Origin: a candidate division CPR3 bacterium 4484_211
Lineage (GTDB): Bacteria > Patescibacteriota > 4484-211
DNA: 64,000 nucleotides
Direction of reading: 5' to 3'
Assembly: GCA_002084955.1 (NCBI GenBank)
Contig: MZGJ01000006.1
Span: 2,027 to 66,026, forward strand
This document shows positions 1-8,702 of this stretch, one piece after another (the stretch's first letter is position 1; each line of letters starts with the position of its first letter). The position numbers and the translations under genes were made by a program. The notes under the pieces were generated by a model, which made no database searches, was not told where the DNA came from, and worked only from the letters and a program-made list of their open reading frames with translations.

Positions 1-451
1 TTCGTACGGAGGAGAGGACGATAGTGTTTATTTTGTAATACCGCATTGGGAATCAAAGGTGCTATCTCGAACCTCTCAGAAAGTCTTACAGAAAGGAACG
101 TCTTTTATTAGATTTTCGCCCAACTCCAATTACCGCGCGCGGGTTCTGTCGCCTTCACTTTCTAACTCAAATGGGCAAGTTGCCTATGTGGAGGGAGAAG
201 TCAGTAATTGGCAAAAAGGTGATCTGTACCTTTACAATCTTTTAGAAGAATTTGATTTGGCAGATGGTACTAAGTTAACCTCCGATGAGTGCTTTGTCCC
301 AGAAAATATTAGGTGGAGCCCTGATGACAAGCTACTCATTATGACTACACAGAGGCCACATCTAGGCACTTGGATTTACAGTTTAGAAAAGAAAGCTAAG
401 GTAAAAATTAGTGATGAGGCTTACAGGTCTCCCCAATTCTTCCTTAAGTAG
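1..451 (+). CDS. C-terminal part of a protein whose N-terminus lies before the window; beta-propeller-like (WSPDDK motif, TolB/WD40-like)
   Basis: Frame is open from nt 2 to the annotated GTG at 59 with no stop, so the gene starts upstream of the window; IRWSPDDKLL motif; otherwise no recognisable family. Confidence 0.3.
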   Translation, partial: SYGGEDDSVYFVIPHWESKVLSRTSQKVLQKGTSFIRFSPNSNYRARVLSPSLSNSNGQVAYVEGEVSNWQKGDLYLYNLLEEFDLADGTKLTSDECFVPENIRWSPDDKLLIMTTQRPHLGTWIYSLEKKAKVKISDEAYRSPQFFLK

Positions 452-626
452 TATTGCTTTGTCATTCTCGGTTGTACAAGGTTGCTGGTTGACTTCTTCC
501 CTTTCACGTGTGATTATCTAACTGGATGGATAGCGGAGAAAGCCCCGTGTCGTTGGGAGAGACGGGGAGCTTCTTGATACAACAAAAGAACGTTTTTCTG
601 CTTATTGTCGTCTCATTGATCCTTGG

Positions 627-1196
627 GTGTCTGCTTGGCTTTTGGGTGGGTGCTCATCAGAGTGGGTCAGAATCCTCGAGCAAGTCGTTCTCATTTGTCC
701 CCACATTCGGTATTTACATGTAGCGAGTCCATTAAATTTCTTGTTTGAGTACCCCTATGGCTGGCATGTGATGTTTTCTATTGAGAAAACGGGAATTCCC
801 GGCAAGCTGACAGAGAGAAGAATTGAAAGTAGATTTGTTATGGATCCTAATCCTTTGACCACCCTTGACTACACGCCTGCAGTTATTGGGCGGGAGATAT
901 TTAGCTCAAAAGAGGAATTGAACGAGGAGACATATCCTGAGTATATTCTTCGGTGGTATGGAGGCAGCGGTGAGTTTCAGGTGCGGGATTTTAGGAAAGC
1001 GAGTTTCTCACTTCAAGAAAACATTGCGGGATTTTGCTACACGTACTACTATTCCGATCCCCTGCATTGGTCTCACGATGTAACCGGTTGCTGTCTTGAC
1101 TTCGAGAAGGCCAGTTCGAGAATGCATTTTTCTTTAAATAATCCTGAATACTTTGCCCAGTTTAAGCACTTCATAGAATCTATAAGGGAGGAGTAG
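627..1196 (+). CDS. hypothetical protein
   Basis: 189-aa ORF, no recognisable motif. Confidence 0.25.
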   Translation: MSAWLLGGCSSEWVRILEQVVLICPHIRYLHVASPLNFLFEYPYGWHVMFSIEKTGIPGKLTERRIESRFVMDPNPLTTLDYTPAVIGREIFSSKEELNEETYPEYILRWYGGSGEFQVRDFRKASFSLQENIAGFCYTYYYSDPLHWSHDVTGCCLDFEKASSRMHFSLNNPEYFAQFKHFIESIREE

Positions 1197-1443
1197 TGAA
1201 ATTTCAGTCTGGTCTGGAAGTCGTAAATTGGTCCTTGATGTTGACTGCTCAGCATTAATCTGAAGCCTGGTGATCCGTACCCTTGCCGAATTTGTGAACC
1301 GCACTTTGCGAGTGCAAAAAATCGCGCGTGTAAAAAATAACTACTTATGATTTAGCAATCATGGTAAAAACTGTCGGCTCGATCAGGTTTTAGACAATTG
1401 CGAGGCGCCATCTCTTTCGGCAAATTTTCAAAAACATCCTATT

Positions 1444-1517
1444 TGGCTGCGGGGCTAGGATTCGAACCTAGATTGGACGGTTCAGAGCCGTCATTCCTAC
1501 CATTAGAAGACCCCGCA
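1444..1517 (-). tRNA. tRNA-Gln (anticodon CUG), CCA encoded
   Basis: The reverse complement folds as a cloverleaf: acceptor UGCGGGG/CCCCGCA (U1:A72, typical of tRNA-Gln), D stem UUCU/GGAA, anticodon stem GACGG/CCGUC with loop CUCUGAA, T arm CUAGG-UUCGAAU-CCUAG, discriminator G, then CCA. Confidence 0.85.
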
Positions 1518-1625
1518 CTGTTTAGCTAATGTATTTCTCAAGATTAATCTTAGTCCTTTTCTTCCCTTGGTGGTCTTGAGGTATTTTTCCCTCCTGCGTG
1601 CGTCTTTTTCCGGGGTGGTTGGTTC

Positions 1626-1690
1626 AGCTCAGAACCAGAATAAATTCGGTTCTGAGCTGCCCAGTACCGATCTTCGATCTGGTACTGGGC
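1626..1690. other. two adjacent perfect stem-loops (12-bp stem cagctcagaacc/ggttctgagctg; 9-bp stem cccagtacc/ggtactggg)
   Basis: Read directly; located between tRNA-Gln and a partial copy of the tRNA 5' end at 1707-1723. Confidence 0.5.
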
Positions 1691-2128
1691 AGAGCCGTTC
1701 TTTTCCGAGAAGACCCCGCAGTGAATAGGTTAATTTTACCATGTCGGACGCAGTTTATTAAAAAACAGCACAAGTTCCAAGCCTTTCCCTCAAAGTGGCT
1801 GAAAGCTTTTCGTTAAGAATTTGTTGGCTTGAGATGATAACCTAGTCTATCATAAACATAGCCAAACCAGCTTCGAAAAGAGTCAGTCGTTTTGAGAGTC
1901 AATCTTATTAGCAGGATTCTTCGTGTTGGACCTCAAGCTCTCTCTCTTTCTCACCGTTTTTCTTGTTGTTCTCATCCCGCTGTTTCCGATATTTTCCGGT
2001 TGTTTTCTTTGAGTCTTTGGATAACTTCATGTCGGGCATAGTACATCCTAGTGCCTTTAGAAAGGGGACTTGGTAGTTGAGCTGGCTCTGGACGCCGATT
2101 TATTTCTTGCTGTATAATTGCGGCAATT

Positions 2129-2437
2129 ATGGCACCGGTGCAAGCTGTTTCTTTAATCATTTGGATAGGCCTGAGTTTATTAACTGCGTATTTCCTTCAC
2201 AAAAAGTTTGGCCTGTTCCAAAAACCGCGCGGGGCGCTGGTACTTTTAACTGCATTTTTGGTATTCACCGTCCTTCATAATTTGGTTTATGGCTTGTTTA
2301 AGCCCTATTTTGATGCCCGGGGCGCTGACGAGGCGGTCTTTTTTATTCTTTCGTTTATTGCTCTGGGGGCAACTCCCTTTTTGTTATTAATTCAGGTTTT
2401 TCAGCGTGTCCGTGGCCCGGGTGGTGATAAAAGCTAA
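2129..2437 (+). CDS. small hydrophobic membrane protein, hypothetical
   Basis: 102 aa, three hydrophobic segments. Confidence 0.3.
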   Translation: MAPVQAVSLIIWIGLSLLTAYFLHKKFGLFQKPRGALVLLTAFLVFTVLHNLVYGLFKPYFDARGADEAVFFILSFIALGATPFLLLIQVFQRVRGPGGDKS

Positions 2438-2453
2438 ACCTTAAAAAACTTTA

Positions 2454-3713
2454 ATGCTTGATCCCGACTTTATCCGCCAAAATCCAGAAAAGGTGAGACA
2501 GGGCGCAGCCAGCAAAGGGGCTGATCCTTCTTTGGTTGATAAGTGGCTTAAGACTGATGAGGAGCGGCGTAGTTTAATTGGCCAAGTGGATCAGTTGAGG
2601 GCAGAAAGGAATCGTTTTACTAAAGAACTGCAGGCGGGGGAAACAGCCCCGTCAGAGAAGAAATTGAGCAGGGGAAGGGAATTAAAAGAAAAAATCCGGA
2701 TATTGGAGAACCGATTGGCGTTGGTTTCTGGAGAGTGGGAAAGGCTTTTGCGGGATATTCCCGCTCTGCCGGAAGAAGATGTTCCGGCGGGAAAAGATGA
2801 AACTGAGAATGTGGTCGTTCGTAAGTGGGGAAGTCCGACTCGGTTTAATTTTAAACCTCGCGACCATCTTGAGCTTGGTGAAAGGCTGGGGCTGATTGAT
2901 GTTAAACGGGCGGGCAAGGTTTCCGGTTCGCGGTTTGGCTATCTCACCGGTGATTTGGTTCTTTTAGAGTTTGCCCTAATGCAGTTCGGACTGGAAGTAA
3001 CAACCGGGGAAGGTTTTATTCCCGTTCTTCCTCCGGTGATGATTAAGAAGGAAATGGAGGCGGGTCTGGGCTACGGCGAGCATGGCGGTTGGGAGGATAT
3101 GTATATTTTGGACAAGGATAATCTGGTCCTGGTTGCCACCGCCGAGCATTCATTGGTCGCTCGGTACGCCGAGGAGACTTTTGATGAAAAGCTGCTGCCT
3201 CGGCGTTATGTGGGTTTTTCTACCTGCTTCCGGCGGGAGGCGGGCAGTTATGGCAAGGATACTCGGGGAATTTTGCGGCTGCATCAGTTTAATAAGTTGG
3301 AGATGGTTTCTTTTACTAGACCTGAAGACTCGCGTCGGGAGCACAAGTATCTAATTGAAATTGAGGAGAAGTTAATGCGGGCACTGCAGATTCCTTATCG
3401 AGTGGTAAAAATGTGCACCGGCGACTTGGGTCATCCGGCCGCCAGCAAATTTGATATTGAAGCTTGGATGCCGGGTCAGAATAAATACCGAGAGACTCAT
3501 TCCTGCAGTAATTGCACTGATTATCAGTCCCGTCGCTTAAATATAAGATTCCGCCGGCAGGGGGGAAGTGAATATGTGCACATTCTAAATGGTACAGTTT
3601 TTTCTGAACGGCCGTTAATTGCCGTTTTAGAAAACTATCAGCAGGAAGACGGATCGGTGGTTATACCGGAGGTGCTAAGGAGATGGGTTGGCAAAGATAA
3701 AATAATGGGTTAA
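2454..3713 (+). CDS. serS: seryl-tRNA synthetase
   Basis: N-terminal coiled-coil MLDPDFIRQNPEKVRQ, class II aaRS core (FRREAGSYGKDTRGILRLHQF, motif 3 region), 419 aa. Confidence 0.9.
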   Translation: MLDPDFIRQNPEKVRQGAASKGADPSLVDKWLKTDEERRSLIGQVDQLRAERNRFTKELQAGETAPSEKKLSRGRELKEKIRILENRLALVSGEWERLLRDIPALPEEDVPAGKDETENVVVRKWGSPTRFNFKPRDHLELGERLGLIDVKRAGKVSGSRFGYLTGDLVLLEFALMQFGLEVTTGEGFIPVLPPVMIKKEMEAGLGYGEHGGWEDMYILDKDNLVLVATAEHSLVARYAEETFDEKLLPRRYVGFSTCFRREAGSYGKDTRGILRLHQFNKLEMVSFTRPEDSRREHKYLIEIEEKLMRALQIPYRVVKMCTGDLGHPAASKFDIEAWMPGQNKYRETHSCSNCTDYQSRRLNIRFRRQGGSEYVHILNGTVFSERPLIAVLENYQQEDGSVVIPEVLRRWVGKDKIMG

Positions 3714-3721
3714 AATTTGGC

Positions 3722-4300
3722 ATGATTTTACCAACTCCCAAGATAGAAAAAGCAGTAAGAAAAGCCGCCTTTTTGCATCGGGGTCAAACGCGCAAAGACG
3801 ACGAGCGCACTCCTTATGTAATGCACCCTTTTTGTGTGGCTCTAATTTTAATCAACTACACCGATAACGAGGATGTGATTGCCGCCGGGCTTCTTCACGA
3901 TACCGTGGAAGACAATCATTCCTATTCGTTAAAAGAATTGGACCGGGATTTTGGGGTAGGTGTTTATCGCATCGTAGAAGAGGTTACGCTTGTTTTTAAA
4001 AATAAAACTCGGGAAAATTGGCTGGAGAGGAAGAAATTGTATCTTAGGCATCTTGATCAAGCTTCTATAGAGGGTCTCATGGTCTGTGCCGCCGACAAGC
4101 TTCATGATATGAGAACAACGATTTTTGCCTACCGCCGGCAGGGCGATAAATTATGGAGGAAATTTCGGGGCACTCCTCAACAAAAGAGCTGGTTTTATCA
4201 GGAAATTTATGAAATTTTAAAAAAACGTCTTAATAACCCTATTGTTGATGAGTACAGGCGGACATTAGCCGCATGGAAAAAGATCTCCTCTCAATACTAG
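3722..4300 (+). CDS. HD-domain phosphohydrolase (RelA/SpoT-hydrolase-like, small alarmone hydrolase candidate)
   Basis: H...HD pattern: MHPFCVALIL...AAGLLHDTVED, resembling the (p)ppGpp hydrolase HD domain. Confidence 0.55.
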   Translation: MILPTPKIEKAVRKAAFLHRGQTRKDDERTPYVMHPFCVALILINYTDNEDVIAAGLLHDTVEDNHSYSLKELDRDFGVGVYRIVEEVTLVFKNKTRENWLERKKLYLRHLDQASIEGLMVCAADKLHDMRTTIFAYRRQGDKLWRKFRGTPQQKSWFYQEIYEILKKRLNNPIVDEYRRTLAAWKKISSQY

Positions 4301-4417
4301 CTCTACAGTGGAGCCGGTTTCTACTTGGCCGCTTCCCTTTGGCTTTGGGATAAAAATTGAATTTTTCAATCCCCTCTTAATATGGCTGAATCCTTTTTTT
4401 AATTAGGGCGCTCTTTT

Positions 4418-4945
4418 TTATTGATCGGGCAGGACGCCCAAAGAGTCATTAAAGCGGTTAATAAAATTGAACAAACCAACGACACTGCTTATTTCCACGA
4501 TCTGCTCGTCAGCGTAGTATTCTTTCATCTTCTCCATTATCTTTGGATCGATATTATAGGCATGTTTGGTGGAAGCAATCGCGTACTCAAGAGCGATTTT
4601 TTCCTTTTCAGAGAGGCTCTGCGACTCAATGTCTTCTATTTCTTCATTACTCAAGCCAAACATTTTTAATTGCTGTTTGGCTACCGAGACGCAAAACTCA
4701 CACTTGTTTAGGTCTGATATCTTCAAGGCAATTCTCCATTTTAATAATTTATCCACAGGAGCATCATCCATAATAGCCTTAAACATAGTAAAAAAACCGA
4801 TTAAGACATCCTCGCAGTTTGCCATCACCCGCATCCATTTGGGCACTTTGCCGGTGGCTTTTTTCATCTGCTCGAATAAGGCTCTAGCCTGGCCCTTAAC
4901 CTCATCATCAGTTACCAAATGGACAAGTGGAGGGATTGATGCCAT
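4418..4945 (-). CDS. AhpD-like / carboxymuconolactone decarboxylase family protein (probable)
   Basis: All-helical 175 aa with CEFC motif in a CMD-like context; weak. Confidence 0.35.
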   Translation of the reverse strand: MASIPPLVHLVTDDEVKGQARALFEQMKKATGKVPKWMRVMANCEDVLIGFFTMFKAIMDDAPVDKLLKWRIALKISDLNKCEFCVSVAKQQLKMFGLSNEEIEDIESQSLSEKEKIALEYAIASTKHAYNIDPKIMEKMKEYYADEQIVEISSVVGLFNFINRFNDSLGVLPDQ

Positions 4946-4962
4946 CTTGTTATAATGATAGC

Positions 4963-5676
4963 ATGTTGAGTATTAAAAATCTATCGGTAAAAGTAAATGG
5001 AAAAAAAATACTGCGGGGTATTGATCTGGAGATTAGAAAGGGAGAAACTCACGCTCTGTTGGGACCGAATGCTTCGGGGAAGACGACATTGGCTCAGGCT
5101 ATAATGGGATTTCCGGGTTATGCCGTTGCCTCCGGGGAAATATGCTTTGGGGGAAAAGACATTGCCAGCTTAGCTATAGAAGAAAGAGTAAAGCTAGGGA
5201 TAGCTTTGGCTTTTCAACATCCACCAGCTGTTAAGGGAGTAACTCTGTCTAACCTCTTGGGGAAGATCTCGAAAAGGACGGTTAAAACAGAAGAATTTAT
5301 TGCCAACCCTAAACTTTTGGGAAGGGAGATTAATGTTGGCTTTTCCGGCGGAGAGAGAAAGCTTTCAGAAATAATGCAAATAGTCGGCTTAAGCCCGAAG
5401 CTGGTTGTTTTTGATGAGTTGGACGCCGGATTGGACCTGAAGAATCTTGCCAAGTTGGCAAGGATTATAAAGGGCAAGCTGCTTGAAAACGGTGTTTCTC
5501 TTCTCCTGATTACTCACCGGGGTGAAATTCTTAGATTTTTAGAACCTGATATTGTTCATGTGATGCTGGATGGAAAAATTATCTGTTCTTCAGACGATTG
5601 GAGAAAAGTCTGGCGGACAATTGGGAAATTTGGTTATGAAAAATGCAAGGAATGTGAATTTTCTTCAGGTCGATAA
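4963..5676 (+). CDS. sufC: Fe-S cluster assembly ATPase SufC
   Basis: MLSIKNLSVKVNGKKILRGIDLEIRKGETHALLGPNASGKTTL matches the SufC N-terminus and Walker A; LSGG-like FSGGERK; Walker B VVFDELDAGLD. Confidence 0.8.
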   Translation: MLSIKNLSVKVNGKKILRGIDLEIRKGETHALLGPNASGKTTLAQAIMGFPGYAVASGEICFGGKDIASLAIEERVKLGIALAFQHPPAVKGVTLSNLLGKISKRTVKTEEFIANPKLLGREINVGFSGGERKLSEIMQIVGLSPKLVVFDELDAGLDLKNLAKLARIIKGKLLENGVSLLLITHRGEILRFLEPDIVHVMLDGKIICSSDDWRKVWRTIGKFGYEKCKECEFSSGR

Positions 5677-6592
5677 TAGAAGCCCTCAGCTGATTACAAA
5701 GCCGGAGGTAGTAATCCTGCCAAGCGCCGAAGCCTTCGCAGAGCTGGAATGGGTAAGGAGGCATTTTAGGCGAAGGCCTCAAGAGGGTTATTTTATTTGG
5801 GTAAAGGAACAAATAGATTGTCCGTTGACGACCTGCATTACTCTTTCTTCACCAAATGTTTTCCAGAAACCGATAAATCTAATCGTAGTTGAGAAAGATG
5901 TGGAGGCTGAAATACACGGAGTCTGTAATGCAATTAAAGAGAATTTATGCGGGGTACACAGTGGATATTCAAAGGTAATCTTGAAGGAAAATTCTAAGCT
6001 GAAGCTAAGACATTTTCATAACTGGGGGAGGAGGGATGAAATTAGTTCAAGTTTGGATTTTATCCTGGGGAAAGAAGCGAAATTATCTTATGCCTATAAG
6101 TGTTTGAAGACGCCGATGAAATTAAAAACGAAAAGCAATATCCACCTGGAAGAAAATTCCTCAGCCAGCTTAACGGTATCTGTTTTGGCCAAGAACAGTA
6201 AAATTGATATGCACGATTTTGCTTTTTTGGACGGAGAAAGATCTACCGGTATTTTAAGAATAAGAATGGTTGGCGGTACAAACTCTAAAATTGTCGCTCA
6301 CAGCAGAATGATTGCCAGCGCCGCCGGCACGGGACATGTGGATTGTATGGGCCTGTTGACGGCTGATGATTCAATCATTAACGCCGTACCAGAACTGATA
6401 AACAAAAATAAAAAAGCTTCTCTTACTCATGAGGCCTCGGTGGGCAGGATCTCAGAAGAGAACTTGAATTATTTGAGAAGCAGGGGCTTAACAGAAAACG
6501 AGGCGATTGATTTAATTGTGGCAGGTTTCCTGGGTGAGGAAGATCCGCTTATTGTCAAGGGACGTGTTATCTCGTCAGAGCCTTACATGTAG
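5636..6592 (+). CDS. SufB/SufD-family Fe-S assembly protein (start uncertain; frame is open from 5570 and overlaps sufC)
   Basis: Located downstream of sufC; SufBD-like C-terminus (…NLNYLRSRGLTENEAIDLIVAGFL). Confidence 0.55.
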   Translation: MKNARNVNFLQVDNRSPQLITKPEVVILPSAEAFAELEWVRRHFRRRPQEGYFIWVKEQIDCPLTTCITLSSPNVFQKPINLIVVEKDVEAEIHGVCNAIKENLCGVHSGYSKVILKENSKLKLRHFHNWGRRDEISSSLDFILGKEAKLSYAYKCLKTPMKLKTKSNIHLEENSSASLTVSVLAKNSKIDMHDFAFLDGERSTGILRIRMVGGTNSKIVAHSRMIASAAGTGHVDCMGLLTADDSIINAVPELINKNKKASLTHEASVGRISEENLNYLRSRGLTENEAIDLIVAGFLGEEDPLIVKGRVISSEPYM

Positions 6593-6599
6593 GCCTCAA

Positions 6600-6927
6600 G
6601 GGCTTGCCGCTTGAATACCGCGGGTTAGTTGCCGGGCGAAAAGGTGAGAAAGTATTAGTTCAAATAACCAAACCTTTCCCGTGTTTAAAATTTAGGAAAT
6701 TGTCGTTTGGGCATTGTTTGAAATTTGTTATGGTGGAACCTGCAAGAAAAATACATCCGCTTCCGGGGCGGGGGCGCTTCACGGTCAAATCTGGAAGTTA
6801 TATCCCGGCCGCATTCCGGTTGTGGTATTATTTATTCACCCGTGAATCTGAAAGCCGCCGCTTCCGGGGCGGCGGGGTTTCGCGGCTTAATTGGTTCGAC
6901 GGTGATTGCCGCCGACAGTTTTGTTAA
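6600..6927. repeat. composite intergenic repeat region (AT-rich ttgacatttggcattttt module plus leader module R at about 6739-6810 plus GC hairpins)
   Basis: Shares blocks with 16780-16860, 54440-54612, and (reverse complement) 21596-21668 and 33819-33878. Confidence 0.6.
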
Positions 6928-7842
6928 ATGGAAAAAGCGATTATTATTGGTGCAGGGCCGGCAGGTTTAACGGCGGCCATATATTTGTCCCGTGACGGAT
7001 TTAATCCTTTGGTTATTACCGGCGCTGAGCCGGGGGGGCAGTTGATGTTTACCACCAAGGTGGAAAATTATCCGGGTTTTGATCAGGGGATTAAAGGACC
7101 GGAGCTGATGCGGAGTGTGATTAGGCAGGCTCAGCGGTTTGGAGCGAGGTTGGTAAACGAAGAAGTTGAAGGCGTTGAGTTTTTAGATGGCCCGCCTTTT
7201 AAAATAAAGACTGGTCAGCGGGTTTATGAAGCGCAGGGAGTTATTGTGGCTACCGGATCTAAACCTCGACTGCTGGGTTTGGAGTCGGAGAAAAGGCTTT
7301 TGGGCCGAGGTGTGTCTGTTTGTGCTGTTTGTGACGGCGCTTTTTTTAAAAACAAGAAAGTGGCGGTGGTGGGCGGGGGGGATTCGGCTATGGAAGAGGC
7401 TTTGGTCCTAAGTAGATTTGCCGCCAAAATTTACCTTATTCACCGGCGTGATGAGTTTCGAGCTAGTAAAGTTATGGTTGATCGCGCTTTAAGCAGTGAG
7501 AAGATAGAGGTGGTTTACAACTCTGAAGTTAAAGAGGTTTTGGGTGATAATCAGGTTGCGGGGGTAAGAATTTTTAACAATAAGACCCGAGTTGAAAGTA
7601 CATTGGGAGTCAGTGGCGTGTTTCTGGCGCTTGGGCGTATCCCGGCCACTGATATTTTTAAAGGTCAGCTGGAAATGGATGAAAAGGGCTATCTATTGGT
7701 TAGGCAGGGAAGACAGTCTAGTGTTCCCGGCGTGTTTGTGGCCGGAGATGTGGGAGACTGTCGGTATCGTCAGGCTGTTGTCGCTGCCGGCCAGGGATGC
7801 ATGTCGGCCCTAGAGCTGGAGAGGTTTTTAAAGGAATCATGA
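6928..7842 (+). CDS. trxB: thioredoxin-disulfide reductase
   Basis: GAGPAGLTAAIY FAD site, CAVCDG redox-active CxxC, GGGDSAMEEA NADPH site. Confidence 0.85.
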   Translation: MEKAIIIGAGPAGLTAAIYLSRDGFNPLVITGAEPGGQLMFTTKVENYPGFDQGIKGPELMRSVIRQAQRFGARLVNEEVEGVEFLDGPPFKIKTGQRVYEAQGVIVATGSKPRLLGLESEKRLLGRGVSVCAVCDGAFFKNKKVAVVGGGDSAMEEALVLSRFAAKIYLIHRRDEFRASKVMVDRALSSEKIEVVYNSEVKEVLGDNQVAGVRIFNNKTRVESTLGVSGVFLALGRIPATDIFKGQLEMDEKGYLLVRQGRQSSVPGVFVAGDVGDCRYRQAVVAAGQGCMSALELERFLKES

Positions 7843-8354
7843 GCGGCATTTTAGATCAAGTCCTGCATTTGGATGTGGCGGTTTTTCAATTTCTTTATTC
7901 TTTCCCCCATTGGTTGTTTTTAAATTGGGTGATGTCCTTTTTTAGCGCCCTGGGTTCGGCAGGCCTAGTTTGGGTTCTTATTAGTGCCATTGCTGTTTGG
8001 CCTAAAAAGGATTTTCGTCTCTTCCTTAGATTAATGGCCGTCTTGGGGATAGTTTTTTTTTCGGTGCTTGTCTTAAAGCAGGCTTTTCACCGCCCCCGGC
8101 CGTTTAACGGCGGTTTCTCTTTTCCTTCCGGTCATGCGGCCGGCTCGTTTGCCATGTCGGCAGTTTTGTCGTCAATTAAGAAGAAATGGCGGCGGTCGCT
8201 TTTGATTTTGGCGGTGATCGTCAGCTACTCGCGCGTTTATCTGGGCCGTCATTACCCTCTAGATGTGATCGCCGGCAGCCTGATGGGTATTGGATTGGGA
8301 TTAGCATTCAGCCGTATATTGGTTCAAAACAAGGAAAATTGGTTACCGGATTAA
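7836..8354 (+). CDS. PAP2-family phosphatase (undecaprenyl-diphosphatase / PgpB-like)
   Basis: PSGHAAGSFA and SRVYLGRHYPLDVIAG (PAP2 motifs 2 and 3); membrane helices. Confidence 0.65.
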   Translation: MMSGILDQVLHLDVAVFQFLYSFPHWLFLNWVMSFFSALGSAGLVWVLISAIAVWPKKDFRLFLRLMAVLGIVFFSVLVLKQAFHRPRPFNGGFSFPSGHAAGSFAMSAVLSSIKKKWRRSLLILAVIVSYSRVYLGRHYPLDVIAGSLMGIGLGLAFSRILVQNKENWLPD

Positions 8355-8395
8355 CATATCTTGCCAGAAATTCTTTGGCGTGGTACGATAGCCGC

Positions 8396-8668
8396 ATGAT
8401 TACCTTAATTGATTTTTATGCCGATTGGTGCCCGCCCTGCCAGATGATGGGGCCGGTTTTGGAGGAAGTTGAAAGGGAGTTGAATGGAGAAATAGAGTTT
8501 AGAAAGGTAAATGTTGACGAAGAACGTGACTTGGCCCAGAAGTTTATGGTTATGGGAATTCCTACCTTTGTGATTATGAAGGATGGGCAGGAATTAGACC
8601 GGCGATCAGGTGCCATACCCAAAGAAGAGTTTAAAAAGTGGATTAAAGGATATCTTGAAAGAGAGTAA
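8396..8668 (+). CDS. trxA: thioredoxin (short, WCPPC active site)
   Basis: DFYADWCPPCQMMGPVLEEV…GIPTFVIMKDG; start at the internal ATG after the PAP2 stop. Confidence 0.7.
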   Translation: MITLIDFYADWCPPCQMMGPVLEEVERELNGEIEFRKVNVDEERDLAQKFMVMGIPTFVIMKDGQELDRRSGAIPKEEFKKWIKGYLERE

Positions 8669-8702
8669 GGGGCGAGGCGGGGCTATTTATCTCTAATTTT
8701 TT

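Noticed and set aside
2591-3354. Antisense or embedded ORFs inside serS (2591-2917-, 2682-2867-, 3082-3354+, 3150-3344-), and similarly inside trxB, pgk, hsp20 (27294-27761-) and murJ
   Set aside because: They are fully contained in well-supported genes, have low-complexity Ser/Arg/Pro-rich composition and no motifs. They are frame artefacts.
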